Shown piece by piece: positions 10,175 to 19,464 of a stretch of DNA of 64,000 bases. A program made the translations under genes and the position numbers. Each line of letters opens with the position of its first letter. Position 1 is the first letter of the stretch. Under the pieces are notes generated by a model. The model searched no databases, had not been told where the DNA came from, and worked only from the letters and a program-made list of their open reading frames with translations. Origin of the DNA: Candidatus Collierbacteria bacterium (GTDB lineage: Bacteria; Patescibacteriota; Microgenomatia; UBA1400; MFAQ01); assembly GCA_903884375.1 (NCBI GenBank), contig CAISER010000025.1:1637-65636 (forward strand), given 5' to 3'.

Positions 10175-10187
10175 TGGTTTTATTTTA

Positions 10188-10691
10188 TCAGGTTCGTAGT
10201 GCAATTAAGGCAATGTTGTAAACAAAATTGATGGGTGTTCGTTCTAGAATAATACCAGCACTTGCACAAGTGGCAAAAAGATTTACCCCTAAAGCTTCTG
10301 GATTAAAAATGACGTCACCTTGAATATCGGGCCTACCTGGAAGTTCGTTTTCAAGAAAATGTCTAAGTTCACTGCGGAGATGGTTTTGCCAGTGACGGGG
10401 ATTTCTTAGGGCTCTATCCGTCCAGTCGGGATGTTTTTCTCTTTTTTGGGCCAAGTATTCGGCAAAATTAAAACGGATTGCAGCAATATGTGCTTCTTTT
10501 TGATAAATGTCGGGAAAGTATGGAACATGGGGAGGACAACCAGTTTTGTAATTCCAGTTTGGACAGCCTTGGGGATGATTGTAGTAAGCATCACGGCAAT
10601 GGGCTTTGATTCGAGGATCACAAACAACTTCAACCGGACCAATAAATAATTTTTCTCTTTCGATAAATTTAATTTCTTTTTCAACAGACAT
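10188..10691 (-). CDS. Cys/His/Trp-rich protein of unknown function, possibly DUF2284-like metal-binding protein
   Basis: 167-aa ORF between rplO and secY. The motif HCRDAYYNHPQGCPNWNYKTGCPPHVP recalls the C...GCP.Y....CPP.P pattern I associate with DUF2284. It is not a known member of the spc operon. Confidence 0.5.
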   Translation of the reverse strand: MSVEKEIKFIEREKLFIGPVEVVCDPRIKAHCRDAYYNHPQGCPNWNYKTGCPPHVPYFPDIYQKEAHIAAIRFNFAEYLAQKREKHPDWTDRALRNPRHWQNHLRSELRHFLENELPGRPDIQGDVIFNPEALGVNLFATCASAGIILERTPINFVYNIALIALRT

Positions 10692-10712
10692 CGTGGTGAA
10701 ATTTTACACCAT

Positions 10713-10740
10713 AAAAAAGACCCCTTGAGGGGCCTTTTTT
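10713..10740 (-). terminator. intrinsic terminator after rplO
   Basis: AAAAAAGACCCCTTGAGGGGCCTTTTTT: a short GC stem (CCCC/GGGG plus an outer G-C) around a TTGA loop, flanked by A6 and T6. On the minus strand the T-run follows the hairpin. Confidence 0.6.
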
Positions 10741-10754
10741 GTTTTTAATTCTAG

Positions 10755-11204
10755 TTACTTAGAAAAGGTGTATTTTCCACCAGCTTTTTCGATGGCTTTG
10801 ATAGCTCCGGCCGTGGCTAGAACATTGACTTCAAGAGCTTTTTCGAGCTTACCTGTGGCAATGATCTTGAAGCCACGTTTGGCTTCTTTGTCACTTACTT
10901 TGAAAGTTTTGACGAGGAGTGCAGCGTCAATGACGTCTTTGTCGTTGAAATATTTGGAGAGGATATCAAAGTTAACAGTGATTGGCTGAAGGTTAATGAC
11001 TTGGAATCTGTGTTTACCTTTAATGAAAGGGGTACGACGGACGATTGGAAGCTGTCCACCTTCAAACCAAAGGGGCATAACACCACGGGTCTTTTGGCCC
11101 TTTTGGCCACGACCAACGGTGTGACCGCCAACTCCTGAACCATAACCTCGACCAAGGCGTTTTTTACCGGTTTTGACTGATTTGGGTAGATTAGATAAGT
11201 TCAT
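10755..11204 (-). CDS. rplO: 50S ribosomal protein L15
   Basis: GRGYGSGVGGHTVGRGQKGQKTR motif. Confidence 0.95.
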   Translation of the reverse strand: MNLSNLPKSVKTGKKRLGRGYGSGVGGHTVGRGQKGQKTRGVMPLWFEGGQLPIVRRTPFIKGKHRFQVINLQPITVNFDILSKYFNDKDVIDAALLVKTFKVSDKEAKRGFKIIATGKLEKALEVNVLATAGAIKAIEKAGGKYTFSK

Positions 11205-11209
11205 AGGAT

Positions 11210-11743
11210 TTAGGCTTTGGTTTTAAGTTCTTTTAAGAGTTTGTATTTCTTGGCAAGTGACTCAACCTGTTTTAAAGCTTTGAAGGTGGCTCTAGCGTTG
11301 GTAGTCTTGTTGTTTGATCCAAGGGCTTTACAGACAATATCAGTGACTCCTGCGGCCTCAACAACGGCACGGATTGAAGAACCGGCGATGATGCCTGTAC
11401 CTTTAGGAGCTGGACGGAAGAGAACTTTACTGGCACCAAATTTAGAAATGGTCTCGTAAGGGATGGTACCGTTGACCAATGGAACTTGAACCAGATCACG
11501 ATTTCCAAGACGAATGGCTTTTTTTATTGCATCGGCAACGTTTGGGGCTTTGGCCAGACCAAGACCGACTTTACCTTTTTTGTCACCGGTAACGACTAAG
11601 GCAGAGAAAGAAACGTTGGAACCACCTTGAGTCTTTTTACTAACACGGCGAATTTGAAGGACTTGCTCGAAACCATCAGACTGAGGACGTTCTCCTCGGC
11701 CACCACGGTTACTGTTGTTGTTTGAGTTGTTTGAAGGATTCAT
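11210..11743 (-). CDS. rpsE: 30S ribosomal protein S5
   Basis: RRVSKKTQGGSNVSFSALVVTGDKKGKVGLGLAKA motif, with an Asn-rich N-terminal extension. Confidence 0.95.
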   Translation of the reverse strand: MNPSNNSNNNSNRGGRGERPQSDGFEQVLQIRRVSKKTQGGSNVSFSALVVTGDKKGKVGLGLAKAPNVADAIKKAIRLGNRDLVQVPLVNGTIPYETISKFGASKVLFRPAPKGTGIIAGSSIRAVVEAAGVTDIVCKALGSNNKTTNARATFKALKQVESLAKKYKLLKELKTKA

Positions 11744-11748
11744 AAAAT

Positions 11749-12096
11749 TTAAAATTTGATTCCTGATTCGCGAACGGATTCGGCTAAGATTTTAACTCGG
11801 CCATGGAAACGATAAGAACCGCGATCAAAAATGACGTTTTCGATTTTAGCTTCTTTGGCGGCTTTTCCTAATAAAGTTCCAATTTCTTTGGCTTGTTCCA
11901 TTTTGTTACCCTTAAAATTTTTAAGAGTTTGGGAAGTTGCTGCAGCTAAGACATGTCCGTCTTTTCTAATAATTTGGGCGCCGATGTGCTGGTTTGAACG
12001 GAGCACGGTCAAGCGAGGTAAATTGGTTCCGGCTAAAAGCTTGGCACGAACACGATGCTGTCTTTTGGCCTTAGAGGTTAAGGTGTTTTGAATCAT
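11749..12096 (-). CDS. rplR: 50S ribosomal protein L18
   Basis: RLTVLRSNQHIGAQII and the C-terminal FDRGSYRFHGRVKILAESVRESGIKF. Confidence 0.95.
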   Translation of the reverse strand: MIQNTLTSKAKRQHRVRAKLLAGTNLPRLTVLRSNQHIGAQIIRKDGHVLAAATSQTLKNFKGNKMEQAKEIGTLLGKAAKEAKIENVIFDRGSYRFHGRVKILAESVRESGIKF

Positions 12097-12113
12097 TTTT
12101 GTTAATAAATTAA

Positions 12114-12665
12114 TTAAGCGGCAGTAGTTTTTGTGGCTGTCTTACCTTGTTTTTTGATAACAACTTCATCAGCGTAGCGAATACCTTTACCTTTATATGG
12201 TTCAGGTTTTTTGAGCTCACGGATATTGGCGGCAACTTGACCGACAAGTTGTTTGTCGATACCCGAGATGTGAATTTTGTCTTGACCTTCAACTATCATA
12301 TTGACGCCTTCAACTTTTTTGAAAATGACGGGGTGACTGAAACCTAAAGATAGAGAAAGACCTTCAGCTGTAGCGGCTACACGATAACCTGTGCCTAAGA
12401 GCTGAAGATGTTTTTCGTATCCTTCGGTAACTCCAGTAACGCAGTTTTGGGCTAAACGACGAGCGAGGCCATGAAGGGCTCTAACTGATGGAATATCGTT
12501 TTCGCGAGTAAAGTTTATAACATTGTCTTTTTGTTCGACTTTAATTCCCTTGGGAACAACGGATTCAAGAGTACCTTTTGGTCCAGTGAATTTAAGCGAA
12601 GTATCAAGCATTTCTACTTTAACAGTTTCGGGGAGATATAGAGGTTTTCTTCCTATGCGGCTCAT
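12114..12665 (-). CDS. rplF: 50S ribosomal protein L6
   Basis: MSRIGRKPLYLPETVKV N-terminus. Start placed at the ATG at 12665. Confidence 0.95.
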   Translation of the reverse strand: MSRIGRKPLYLPETVKVEMLDTSLKFTGPKGTLESVVPKGIKVEQKDNVINFTRENDIPSVRALHGLARRLAQNCVTGVTEGYEKHLQLLGTGYRVAATAEGLSLSLGFSHPVIFKKVEGVNMIVEGQDKIHISGIDKQLVGQVAANIRELKKPEPYKGKGIRYADEVVIKKQGKTATKTTAA

Positions 12666-12669
12666 ATTT

Positions 12670-13059
12670 TTACCAAATTTGACAAATAACTTCACCACCG
12701 AGATGTTTTTCTCGAGCGGTTTTTCCGGTCATGAGACCTTGTGATGTAGAAACAATGGTGGTACCAGCACCGGATAAGGCTTGAGGAATTTTGTCGAAGC
12801 CGGAATAGATTCTTACACTGCCTTTACTAATACGTTTAATACCAGTAACGGCAGGAAGATCTTTTTCGAAATAACGAAGGTCAAGAATAATTTTTTTTGA
12901 TGGTTTGGTGTTTTCTACAGAGTAATCAGTAATGTAACCGTCGGCCTTAAGAAGTTTTGCGATTCCTTCACAAACTATAGTGTGTTTGGCTATGACGGTA
13001 TCTTTTTTTGCGAGATAGCCGTTTCTTATAATGGTGATGAAGTCAGCAATTGTATCCAT
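12670..13059 (-). CDS. rpsH: 30S ribosomal protein S8
   Basis: MDTIADFITIIRNGY N-terminus and GGEVICQIW C-terminus. Start placed at the ATG at 13059. Confidence 0.95.
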   Translation of the reverse strand: MDTIADFITIIRNGYLAKKDTVIAKHTIVCEGIAKLLKADGYITDYSVENTKPSKKIILDLRYFEKDLPAVTGIKRISKGSVRIYSGFDKIPQALSGAGTTIVSTSQGLMTGKTAREKHLGGEVICQIW

Positions 13060-13060
13060 A

Positions 13061-13246
13061 TTATTTTGACATTTTGTAGACGCCCGGAAGTTCACCTTTG
13101 TGGGCTAATTCTCTAAAGCACAAGCGACATAATCCGAAGATTCGAATGACACCTCGAGGTCTGCCACATAATTGACAACGACGACGATCTCTAGTCGAGT
13201 GACCAACTAATCTTTTTGATTTTTCGATTTTACTTGTTTTAGCCAT
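13061..13246 (-). CDS. rpsN: 30S ribosomal protein S14 type Z (zinc-binding, 61 aa)
   Basis: [33 protein letters not shown]. Confidence 0.95.
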   Translation of the reverse strand: MAKTSKIEKSKRLVGHSTRDRRRCQLCGRPRGVIRIFGLCRLCFRELAHKGELPGVYKMSK

Positions 13247-13254
13247 GGTTTAAC

Positions 13255-13806
13255 TTAGTTTGCGTCTTTGGTAAAAGGCATACCGAGAGCAGTAAGAAGC
13301 ATCAGGGAAGTTTTTGCGTCTTTGGCACTTGTTGAAATAGTAATTTCCAAGCCTTGAATCCTGCCTATTTTATCATATTCGACCTCGGGAAACACAATTT
13401 GTTCGGAAAGCCCGAGAGTGTAGTTGCCATTTTGATCAACGGTTTTTTGAGAAACACCTTGGAAGTCTTTAATACGAGGCAGAACAATGGAAGTGAGTTT
13501 TTGGAAAAAGTCATACATACGATTACCTCTAAGAGTAACTTTGATTCCAACAACTTCTCCTTCACGAAGATTAAAGGCAGCGATACTGTGTTTGGCTTTA
13601 GTTTCAACAGGTGCTTGGCCGGTGATTTGGGTGATCCATGCCTTGGTTTTGGCGAGAAGCTCTTTGTCTGTTTTGAAGTCTCTGGATGAAGTATTTAATG
13701 TAATTTTCACCAATTTTGGGGTAGCTTCAATCGAAGAAAGTCCTAGCTCTTTTTGTAAAGCCGGTCTGATTGTTTTTTGATAGTTTTCTTTTAGTGTTTG
13801 AGTCAT
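13255..13806 (-). CDS. rplE: 50S ribosomal protein L5
   Basis: LKENYQKTIRPALQKELG N-terminus and GLEITISTSAKDAKTSLMLLTALGMPF. Confidence 0.95.
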   Translation of the reverse strand: MTQTLKENYQKTIRPALQKELGLSSIEATPKLVKITLNTSSRDFKTDKELLAKTKAWITQITGQAPVETKAKHSIAAFNLREGEVVGIKVTLRGNRMYDFFQKLTSIVLPRIKDFQGVSQKTVDQNGNYTLGLSEQIVFPEVEYDKIGRIQGLEITISTSAKDAKTSLMLLTALGMPFTKDAN

Positions 13807-14129
13807 TTTTTCTTGGTTTCGCTGGTGATAACTTGACGACAGAGGTGACAGACGCGAACCTTAGGAGTCTGTGAGGCATCAAAACCTATCCTGGTAGCCT
13901 TACCGCAGCTCGGGCAGACAAGTGCGACCGAAGCGGTGGAAATGGCACGAGGAAGAGTAACTATCGAACCGGCTTCGTTGCCTTTGGGTTTGAGATGTTT
14001 TTTATAGACATTTAAACCTTCGACTAAAACTTTTTGATCTCCTGGAAGAACTTTAATGATTTTTCCAGTACGACCTTTATCTTTACCGGCGGTTATTTTT
14101 ATGGTATCTCCAATTTTAAATTTAAACAT
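13803..14129 (-). CDS. rplX: 50S ribosomal protein L24 (with four-Cys C-terminal segment)
   Basis: KOW motif KFKIGDTIKITAGKDKGRTGKIIKV and C-terminal CPSCGKATRIGF...VRVCHLCRQ. Confidence 0.95.
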   Translation of the reverse strand: MFKFKIGDTIKITAGKDKGRTGKIIKVLPGDQKVLVEGLNVYKKHLKPKGNEAGSIVTLPRAISTASVALVCPSCGKATRIGFDASQTPKVRVCHLCRQVITSETKKK

Positions 14130-14135
14130 ATTCTT

Positions 14136-14510
14136 TTAAACAACTTCGGGTGCTAAAGAGGCAATTTTGGCAAATCCAGCATCTTTGACTTCACGGGCGA
14201 TGGGTCCAAAAATACGGGTGCCGAGAGGTTGTTTGCCAGCAATTGAGTCAATAATAACAACAGCGTTGTCATCAAAACGAACATAAGTACCGTCGGGACG
14301 ACGAGTTTCTTTGCGACATCTCACGATGACGGCTTTAACGACTTGTTTGTCCTTGACTGTACCGTTTGTGTCTGAACCTTCAACGGCGGCGGTGACGATA
14401 TCACCCACAAAACCGAATCGTCTGCGAGAACCACCATGAACCAGAATAACTTTAACTAGTTTGGCACCAGAGTTGTCGGCAACATTGAGGACTGATCTTA
14501 GTTGAATCAT
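14136..14510 (-). CDS. rplN: 50S ribosomal protein L14
   Basis: [18 protein letters not shown]-terminus. Confidence 0.95.
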   Translation of the reverse strand: MIQLRSVLNVADNSGAKLVKVILVHGGSRRRFGFVGDIVTAAVEGSDTNGTVKDKQVVKAVIVRCRKETRRPDGTYVRFDDNAVVIIDSIAGKQPLGTRIFGPIAREVKDAGFAKIASLAPEVV

Positions 14511-14734
14511 AATACTTTAGTTATTTGCCAATGTTTATTTTTACTTATGGGTCTCGTATCTTTGAGTTGAACTTTGTCGCCTTCTTTTGCACCAATTTCG
14601 TTGTGAGCAGAATATGATTTATTTACCTTGATACGTTTGAGGTATTTCGGGTGAACTTGAAAATGAACCACGTCAACCACAGCAGTTTTCATCATCTTAG
14701 CGCTTTTGACAGTTCCAATTAGTTGTTTTTTCAT
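14507..14734 (-). CDS. rpsQ: 30S ribosomal protein S17
   Basis: [18 protein letters not shown]...[31 protein letters not shown]. Confidence 0.9.
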   Translation of the reverse strand: MKKQLIGTVKSAKMMKTAVVDVVHFQVHPKYLKRIKVNKSYSAHNEIGAKEGDKVQLKDTRPISKNKHWQITKVL

Positions 14735-14735
14735 A

Positions 14736-14933
14736 TTATTTATTATTTGATTTTCCTCCAGAGGCGGATCCGACTTTGGCGGATGATAGCAATTGAGCGA
14801 TTTGAACTTTGGTTTTTTTGTGAGCGTTGGTATTTTTTTCTTGATTAGCTTTAATCTTTAGTTTGATATCAGCCAATTTAATTTTTAACTCGTCAAGGGT
14901 TTCGATGGTGTTCTCCGTCTTTGTTTTAGGCAT
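14736..14933 (-). CDS. rpmC: 50S ribosomal protein L29
   Basis: 65-aa helical Lys-rich protein in the invariant slot between rplP and rpsQ (LDELKIKLADIKLKIKANQ...). Confidence 0.8.
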   Translation of the reverse strand: MPKTKTENTIETLDELKIKLADIKLKIKANQEKNTNAHKKTKVQIAQLLSSAKVGSASGGKSNNK

Positions 14934-15339
14934 TTTCTTTTTCTATAAATTTTGTTTTAACGGACAATTTGTGACCTGCAAGTCGAATCGCTTCTGCAGC
15001 AATTTCTCGACTGACACCGGAGATTTCCATAAGAATTTGACCAGGTTTAACGACGGCAACATAAGCTGAAACATCGGATTTTCCTGAACCCATACGCGCC
15101 CCGGGTGTTTTCCAACCGATTGGCTTGTGAGGAAAAACTCTTAAAAAGAATTTACCCATACGTTTGGTGTGGTGAGTAATAGTACGACGTGCTGACTCGA
15201 TTTCAGCGGCGGTAACCCAACCACAAACTTCGGATTTGATTCCATATTCACCATAGGCTAAGAAGTTGCTTCTGGTAGCAACACCACCCATAGAACCTCG
15301 GAACTCTTTTCTGTATTTGCGTCTTGATGGTTGTAGCAT
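14926..15339 (-). CDS. rplP: 50S ribosomal protein L16
   Basis: MLQPSRRKYRKEFRG N-terminus and RMGSGKS motif. Confidence 0.95.
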   Translation of the reverse strand: MLQPSRRKYRKEFRGSMGGVATRSNFLAYGEYGIKSEVCGWVTAAEIESARRTITHHTKRMGKFFLRVFPHKPIGWKTPGARMGSGKSDVSAYVAVVKPGQILMEISGVSREIAAEAIRLAGHKLSVKTKFIEKENA

Positions 15340-15354
15340 AGTCTTTAAATTAAA

Positions 15355-16008
15355 TTAGATGATGATATCTCCGGTATAGATCCAAACTTTGATGCCCACA
15401 TAACCGGAACGAGTGAGGGCGGGTTTTTCGACATAATCGATATTGGCACGAAGAGTTTGTGTAGGGATACGGCCCTGTTTAAATTTTTCGGTACGGGCGA
15501 TTTCAGCTCCATCGATACGACCGGCGAAGACGATTTTGACACCCTTGGCTCCAGCAGCCATAACTTTTTCGATGGCTTGGTTAGCGGCTCTGCGGAAAGG
15601 ATAACGGTGTTCCAGCTGATTCGCTAAACGGTCGACAATAATCCCCGCGGAGAGTTCTGGATTTTTAATTTCCATCGGATGGAGATTAATTTTGATAGCG
15701 TTTTTAGCCTTCAAATCAATCTTTAATAGTTTTTCAACATCTTTTTTGAGCTGTTCTAAAGAAGAACCGCCGCGTCCAATGACGACACCAGGTCGTGAAA
15801 CATACATAAAAATATCAACAGTGTTGATACTTCGTTTGATTTCAATATTGGTAATACCAGCTAGTTTCAATTTTTCCTCAAGAAAACGTCTGATTTTATT
15901 GTCTTCAAGAACAAACTTGGCGTAATTTCGAAAATTGCTGTACCAAACAGATCTCGTAGGGAACGTGTAGCCGGTTCTAAAAATGGTAGGATTGACTTTT
16001 TTACCCAT
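15355..16008 (-). CDS. rpsC: 30S ribosomal protein S3
   Basis: MGKKVNPTIFRTGY N-terminus and KH motif GRGGSSLEQLKKDVEKL. Start placed at the ATG at 16008. Confidence 0.95.
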   Translation of the reverse strand: MGKKVNPTIFRTGYTFPTRSVWYSNFRNYAKFVLEDNKIRRFLEEKLKLAGITNIEIKRSINTVDIFMYVSRPGVVIGRGGSSLEQLKKDVEKLLKIDLKAKNAIKINLHPMEIKNPELSAGIIVDRLANQLEHRYPFRRAANQAIEKVMAAGAKGVKIVFAGRIDGAEIARTEKFKQGRIPTQTLRANIDYVEKPALTRSGYVGIKVWIYTGDIII

Positions 16009-16009
16009 G

Positions 16010-16426
16010 TTATTTAGTTTTTTTAGTGGTTGCTGCTTTGGCCTCAACTTTTGGAGTTACTACTTTTGGAGAAGCAACTCTTAATTTTAAGGTTAGATGA
16101 GAAGAAATTCTTTCATATGGTTTGGTACGGCCACGACCGCCAATATGGGCTCGTTTGACGGTACGACCCTTAGTGGCGAAAGCGGAGTCGATAATGAGAG
16201 TGTCCGGTGAGAGTTGTTTTTGAGAAACGGCGTTACCAATGGCTTGTTTTATAAGCTTGGCAATGGGATCTGAAGCTCTTTTTTGGATAACCGAAAGTTG
16301 TTTAATAGCTAATAGTGCGGGTCGACCAACCAAAGCCTTAAGGATAAGGTTTGTTTTGCGGGGAGAGGAGAGTACATGACTCTCACGAGCAACGATTAGA
16401 TTGGTGTTTTCTTTATTAGTAGCCAT
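16010..16426 (-). CDS. rplV: 50S ribosomal protein L22
   Basis: ARESHVLSSPRKTNLILKALVGRPALLAIKQL with the GGRGRTKPY loop region. Confidence 0.9.
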   Translation of the reverse strand: MATNKENTNLIVARESHVLSSPRKTNLILKALVGRPALLAIKQLSVIQKRASDPIAKLIKQAIGNAVSQKQLSPDTLIIDSAFATKGRTVKRAHIGGRGRTKPYERISSHLTLKLRVASPKVVTPKVEAKAATTKKTK

Positions 16427-16431
16427 ATTTT

Positions 16432-16716
16432 TTATGTTTTGGTTAAGAGTCTCTTAACAATTCGTCCATGTCCTCTAAAGTTTCTTGTGGCCGAAAATTC
16501 ACCCAAGCGATGGCCAACCATATCTTCGGTAATAAAAACGTCTTTAAAAACTTTGCCATTATGGACTAAAAAGGTGTAACCAACAAATTCCGGAGGAATC
16601 TGTGAAGATCTTGCCCAGGTTTTAATAGGTTCTTTTTTACCCGAGTTTTTCATACGCTCAACTTTAGCGATAAGCTTCTCGGCTACATATGGTCCTTTGA
16701 TCGAACTTCTGGACAT
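16432..16716 (-). CDS. rpsS: 30S ribosomal protein S19
   Basis: [11 protein letters not shown] and [17 protein letters not shown]. Confidence 0.95.
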   Translation of the reverse strand: MSRSSIKGPYVAEKLIAKVERMKNSGKKEPIKTWARSSQIPPEFVGYTFLVHNGKVFKDVFITEDMVGHRLGEFSATRNFRGHGRIVKRLLTKT

Positions 16717-16718
16717 AA

Positions 16719-17477
16719 TTAATGGTTATAACGATGTTTAATAATTGATTTATTGCTATATTTCTTTTTGTTTCTGGTTCTTTTACCCATGGTTCTTTTA
16801 CCCCAAGGAGATTTTGGAGATTTCATACCGACACCGGAACGACCTTCACCACCACCGTGGGGGTGAGATCTTGGATCTTGAGCAACACCACGAACTGTGG
16901 GACGGATACCCATATGGCGTTTGCGTCCGGCTTTTCCAAGGATTTCTTCTTTGTGATGTTCGTTTGTTAAACTTCCAATTGTGGCCTTACAAGCACCTTT
17001 GAAAATGCGAATTTCACCTGATGGTAATTTAACCGAAACCAATTCTCCTTCTTTGGACTGAACTGTGGCTGAGTTACCGGCGCTTCTGACCATTTGGGCA
17101 CCTTTTCCGGGGGTGATTTCCAGATTATGAATCTGAATACCAATTGGAATGTTTTTTAATGGCAGACAATTGCCAATTTTGATTTCGGCAGTTTCGGAAG
17201 AAATAATGATATCTCCGACTTTGAGACCTTGAGGGGCCAGAATATAGTCTTTGACACCATTTCCATAGACTAAAAGTGCAATATCGGCTGTACGATTTGG
17301 ATCGTACTCGATAGAAGCCACCTTAGCGGACAACGCCAAACTACGCTTCCAGTCGATATGACGAAGAAAGCGTTTTTCGCGGCCACCTTGATGACGAACT
17401 GTTATTTTACCAGAAAAATTTCGGCCTGACGATTTTGGATTAATTGATTTAAGTTTTTTAGATGAATTTGTCTTCAT
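16719..17477 (-). CDS. rplB: 50S ribosomal protein L2
   Basis: [30 protein letters not shown] and [11 protein letters not shown] motifs. The N-terminus is shorter than in model bacteria. Confidence 0.95.
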   Translation of the reverse strand: MKTNSSKKLKSINPKSSGRNFSGKITVRHQGGREKRFLRHIDWKRSLALSAKVASIEYDPNRTADIALLVYGNGVKDYILAPQGLKVGDIIISSETAEIKIGNCLPLKNIPIGIQIHNLEITPGKGAQMVRSAGNSATVQSKEGELVSVKLPSGEIRIFKGACKATIGSLTNEHHKEEILGKAGRKRHMGIRPTVRGVAQDPRSHPHGGGEGRSGVGMKSPKSPWGKRTMGKRTRNKKKYSNKSIIKHRYNH

Positions 17478-17482
17478 AGGCT

Positions 17483-17791
17483 TTAAGACTTAAGTGCGGA
17501 AAAGAGATCAATTTTTTGACCTGCTTTTATTTTAACGATAGCTTTTTTGTCGGTTGGTCTGGTAATATGTCGACCAGTTTTTCTTGATTTTTCACTTCTG
17601 GCGTTGTGTTTTACTGTGTTGATACTTAATACATTTACTTTGAATAGATCTTCAACAGCTTTTTTTATCTGATATTTACTGGAAGCTGGATCAACTTTAA
17701 AAACGTATTTATCAAGCGCTGAAAGAACATAACTTTTTTCGGTGACAACAGGGCTAATAATAGTGTTTTGGTGAATAAGTGGTGTAGACAT
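17483..17791 (-). CDS. rplW: 50S ribosomal protein L23
   Basis: Position between rplD and rplB. ISPVVTEKSYVLSALDKYVFKVDPASSKYQIKKAVEDLFKVNV matches L23. Confidence 0.9.
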   Translation of the reverse strand: MSTPLIHQNTIISPVVTEKSYVLSALDKYVFKVDPASSKYQIKKAVEDLFKVNVLSINTVKHNARSEKSRKTGRHITRPTDKKAIVKIKAGQKIDLFSALKS

Positions 17792-17793
17792 AT

Positions 17794-18411
17794 TTATTTA
17801 GATTTGGCGGATAAAACGGTTTTAAGTCTTTCTGTTAAGTGGATATAGGCACTGGGGGTTATGACAAGTTTGGGGCTTTGAACCACCTTGTAGACGTTTA
17901 AACGATTGGCTGAAAGTAATACAACATTTTTAAGATTACCAATAGCTTGGAGGGTTTTTGTTTCTTCATGGAAATGAACAAGACCAAGATTTTCGGAACC
18001 AAGAGCTTTAAGTGCAGATTTGGTGGAGTGGTCTTTGATACTATCAATGTCGAGCAATGAAAGACGGCCTTCTTTGTTGTAAAGGGACAAAGCGCCAAGA
18101 AGTGCCTTTATTTTCATTTTTTTATTGAGAGATTTTGGTGTAAGTTTTAAGCCACGAGGACCAAAAACGACTCCTCCTCCCACAAAGATTGGAGCAGACT
18201 TGGCTCCATGACGAGCATTTCCAGTACCTTTTTGTTTGTAAACTTTCTTTTTGGTATAGTCTATTTCACCACGAGTTTTGACTTTGGATACTCCAACGTG
18301 AGAGTTTTCTTGATAAACATAAATTGCTTGAGCAAGAAGAGAAGGAGTTACCTCGATATTAAATATCGAAAGATCGGGCATAGTTTTGGTTTGAACTTTT
18401 TTTGTAGCCAT
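17794..18411 (-). CDS. rplD: 50S ribosomal protein L4
   Basis: KQKGTGNARHGAKSAPIFVGGGVVFGP motif. Confidence 0.95.
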   Translation of the reverse strand: MATKKVQTKTMPDLSIFNIEVTPSLLAQAIYVYQENSHVGVSKVKTRGEIDYTKKKVYKQKGTGNARHGAKSAPIFVGGGVVFGPRGLKLTPKSLNKKMKIKALLGALSLYNKEGRLSLLDIDSIKDHSTKSALKALGSENLGLVHFHEETKTLQAIGNLKNVVLLSANRLNVYKVVQSPKLVITPSAYIHLTERLKTVLSAKSK

Positions 18412-18414
18412 AGT

Positions 18415-19017
18415 TTATAGAATAGTGATCTTGGTAACTGCTCCACGGCCACCAGGAATAGCTCCGGTTATTTGAAGTATGCCTGACTCGTTATCAAAAG
18501 AGTGAATTCTTAAGTTTTCGATAGTAACGTTGACATCGCCCATATGACCAGCCATATGTTTGCCTTTGACAACTCTTCCGGGGGTTGTTCCACGGGCGAT
18601 AGATCCAGGAGCGCGACCTCTATCAGATTGGCCATGAGTGCGTGGACCACCAGCAAAACCCCAACGTTTCATAACACCAGAGGTACCCTTGCCTTTTGAA
18701 GTTGCAGTAACATTAATTAATGTTCCCGGAACTAATATTTCGGCAAGATTATAATTTTCCGATTCCTGAAGAGAAATTTCTCTGATTATTTTTGGAGTAA
18801 TTCCAATACCGGTTTTTTTGAGATAACCAGCAAGAGGTTTGTTGGCTTTTTTTCGATTACCGATGCCAATTATTTGTGCCTCATAACCATCTTTTTCAAT
18901 AGTTTTTTGAGAAATAACCACGTGAGGATCTACCGAGAGAACGGTCAAGGGGATCCGCTTACCTTCTACGAAGGTTTGAGACATAGCTCTTTTGATTGCG
19001 TATACTTGTTTTGTCAT
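18415..19017 (-). CDS. rplC: 50S ribosomal protein L3
   Basis: FAGGPRTHGQSDRGRAPGSIARGTTPGRVVKGKHMAGHMG motif. Confidence 0.95.
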   Translation of the reverse strand: MTKQVYAIKRAMSQTFVEGKRIPLTVLSVDPHVVISQKTIEKDGYEAQIIGIGNRKKANKPLAGYLKKTGIGITPKIIREISLQESENYNLAEILVPGTLINVTATSKGKGTSGVMKRWGFAGGPRTHGQSDRGRAPGSIARGTTPGRVVKGKHMAGHMGDVNVTIENLRIHSFDNESGILQITGAIPGGRGAVTKITIL

Positions 19018-19104
19018 TTTTATTAATAGATTACCCGACCCGATTATCGGGGAAACCGAAAACCGGAAAGGGAAGTTTTAGTTATTTAAAGATAGCGACA
19101 TTTG

Positions 19105-19422
19105 TTACATCTTGATTTCAATACCAACACCAGCTGGAAGATCAAGGTGCTGAAGAGAATCAATTGTCTTATTGGTTGGGTTCACAATATCAATAAGTCT
19201 CTTGTGAGTGAGGATGGCAAATTGTTCACGAGAGTCTTTGTCGGTGTGAGGAGAAGCGGTAACGACAACAACTTTCTTCTTGGTGGGCAATGGCACAGGA
19301 CCAACCACCTGAGCGCCAGAAACTAAGGCTGCTTGAATAATTTTTTTGGCAGCTTCATCGATAACACGATGATCAAATGATTTTAGTTTGACGCGAATAC
19401 GTGGTTGGTCTGTCATGTTCAA
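19105..19422 (-). CDS. rpsJ: 30S ribosomal protein S10
   Basis: [21 protein letters not shown] and [23 protein letters not shown]. Confidence 0.95.
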   Translation of the reverse strand: MNMTDQPRIRVKLKSFDHRVIDEAAKKIIQAALVSGAQVVGPVPLPTKKKVVVVTASPHTDKDSREQFAILTHKRLIDIVNPTNKTIDSLQHLDLPAGVGIEIKM

Positions 19423-19445
19423 GAAGAATAAATGTGCGATTTTGG

Positions 19446-19464
19446 GCCTAAATCGAATTTAGGC
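19446..19464 (-). other. perfect 8-bp hairpin spanning the tuf stop codon
   Basis: GCCTAAAT-CGA-ATTTAGGC on the plus strand. The tuf stop (19459-19461) lies inside the 3' arm, and no U-tract follows on the minus strand. Confidence 0.4.

Noticed and set aside
10175-10204. N-terminal extensions in the ORF track for secY, rpoB, rplF, rpsH, rpsC, infA, pnp, rpsO, capA-like, hrcA, the 725-aa ORF and the 115-aa ORF.
   Set aside because: Several of the extensions I checked begin at TTG or GTG codons, and several overlap the preceding gene or its terminator. Internal ATGs reproduce the canonical family N-termini, so I used those.
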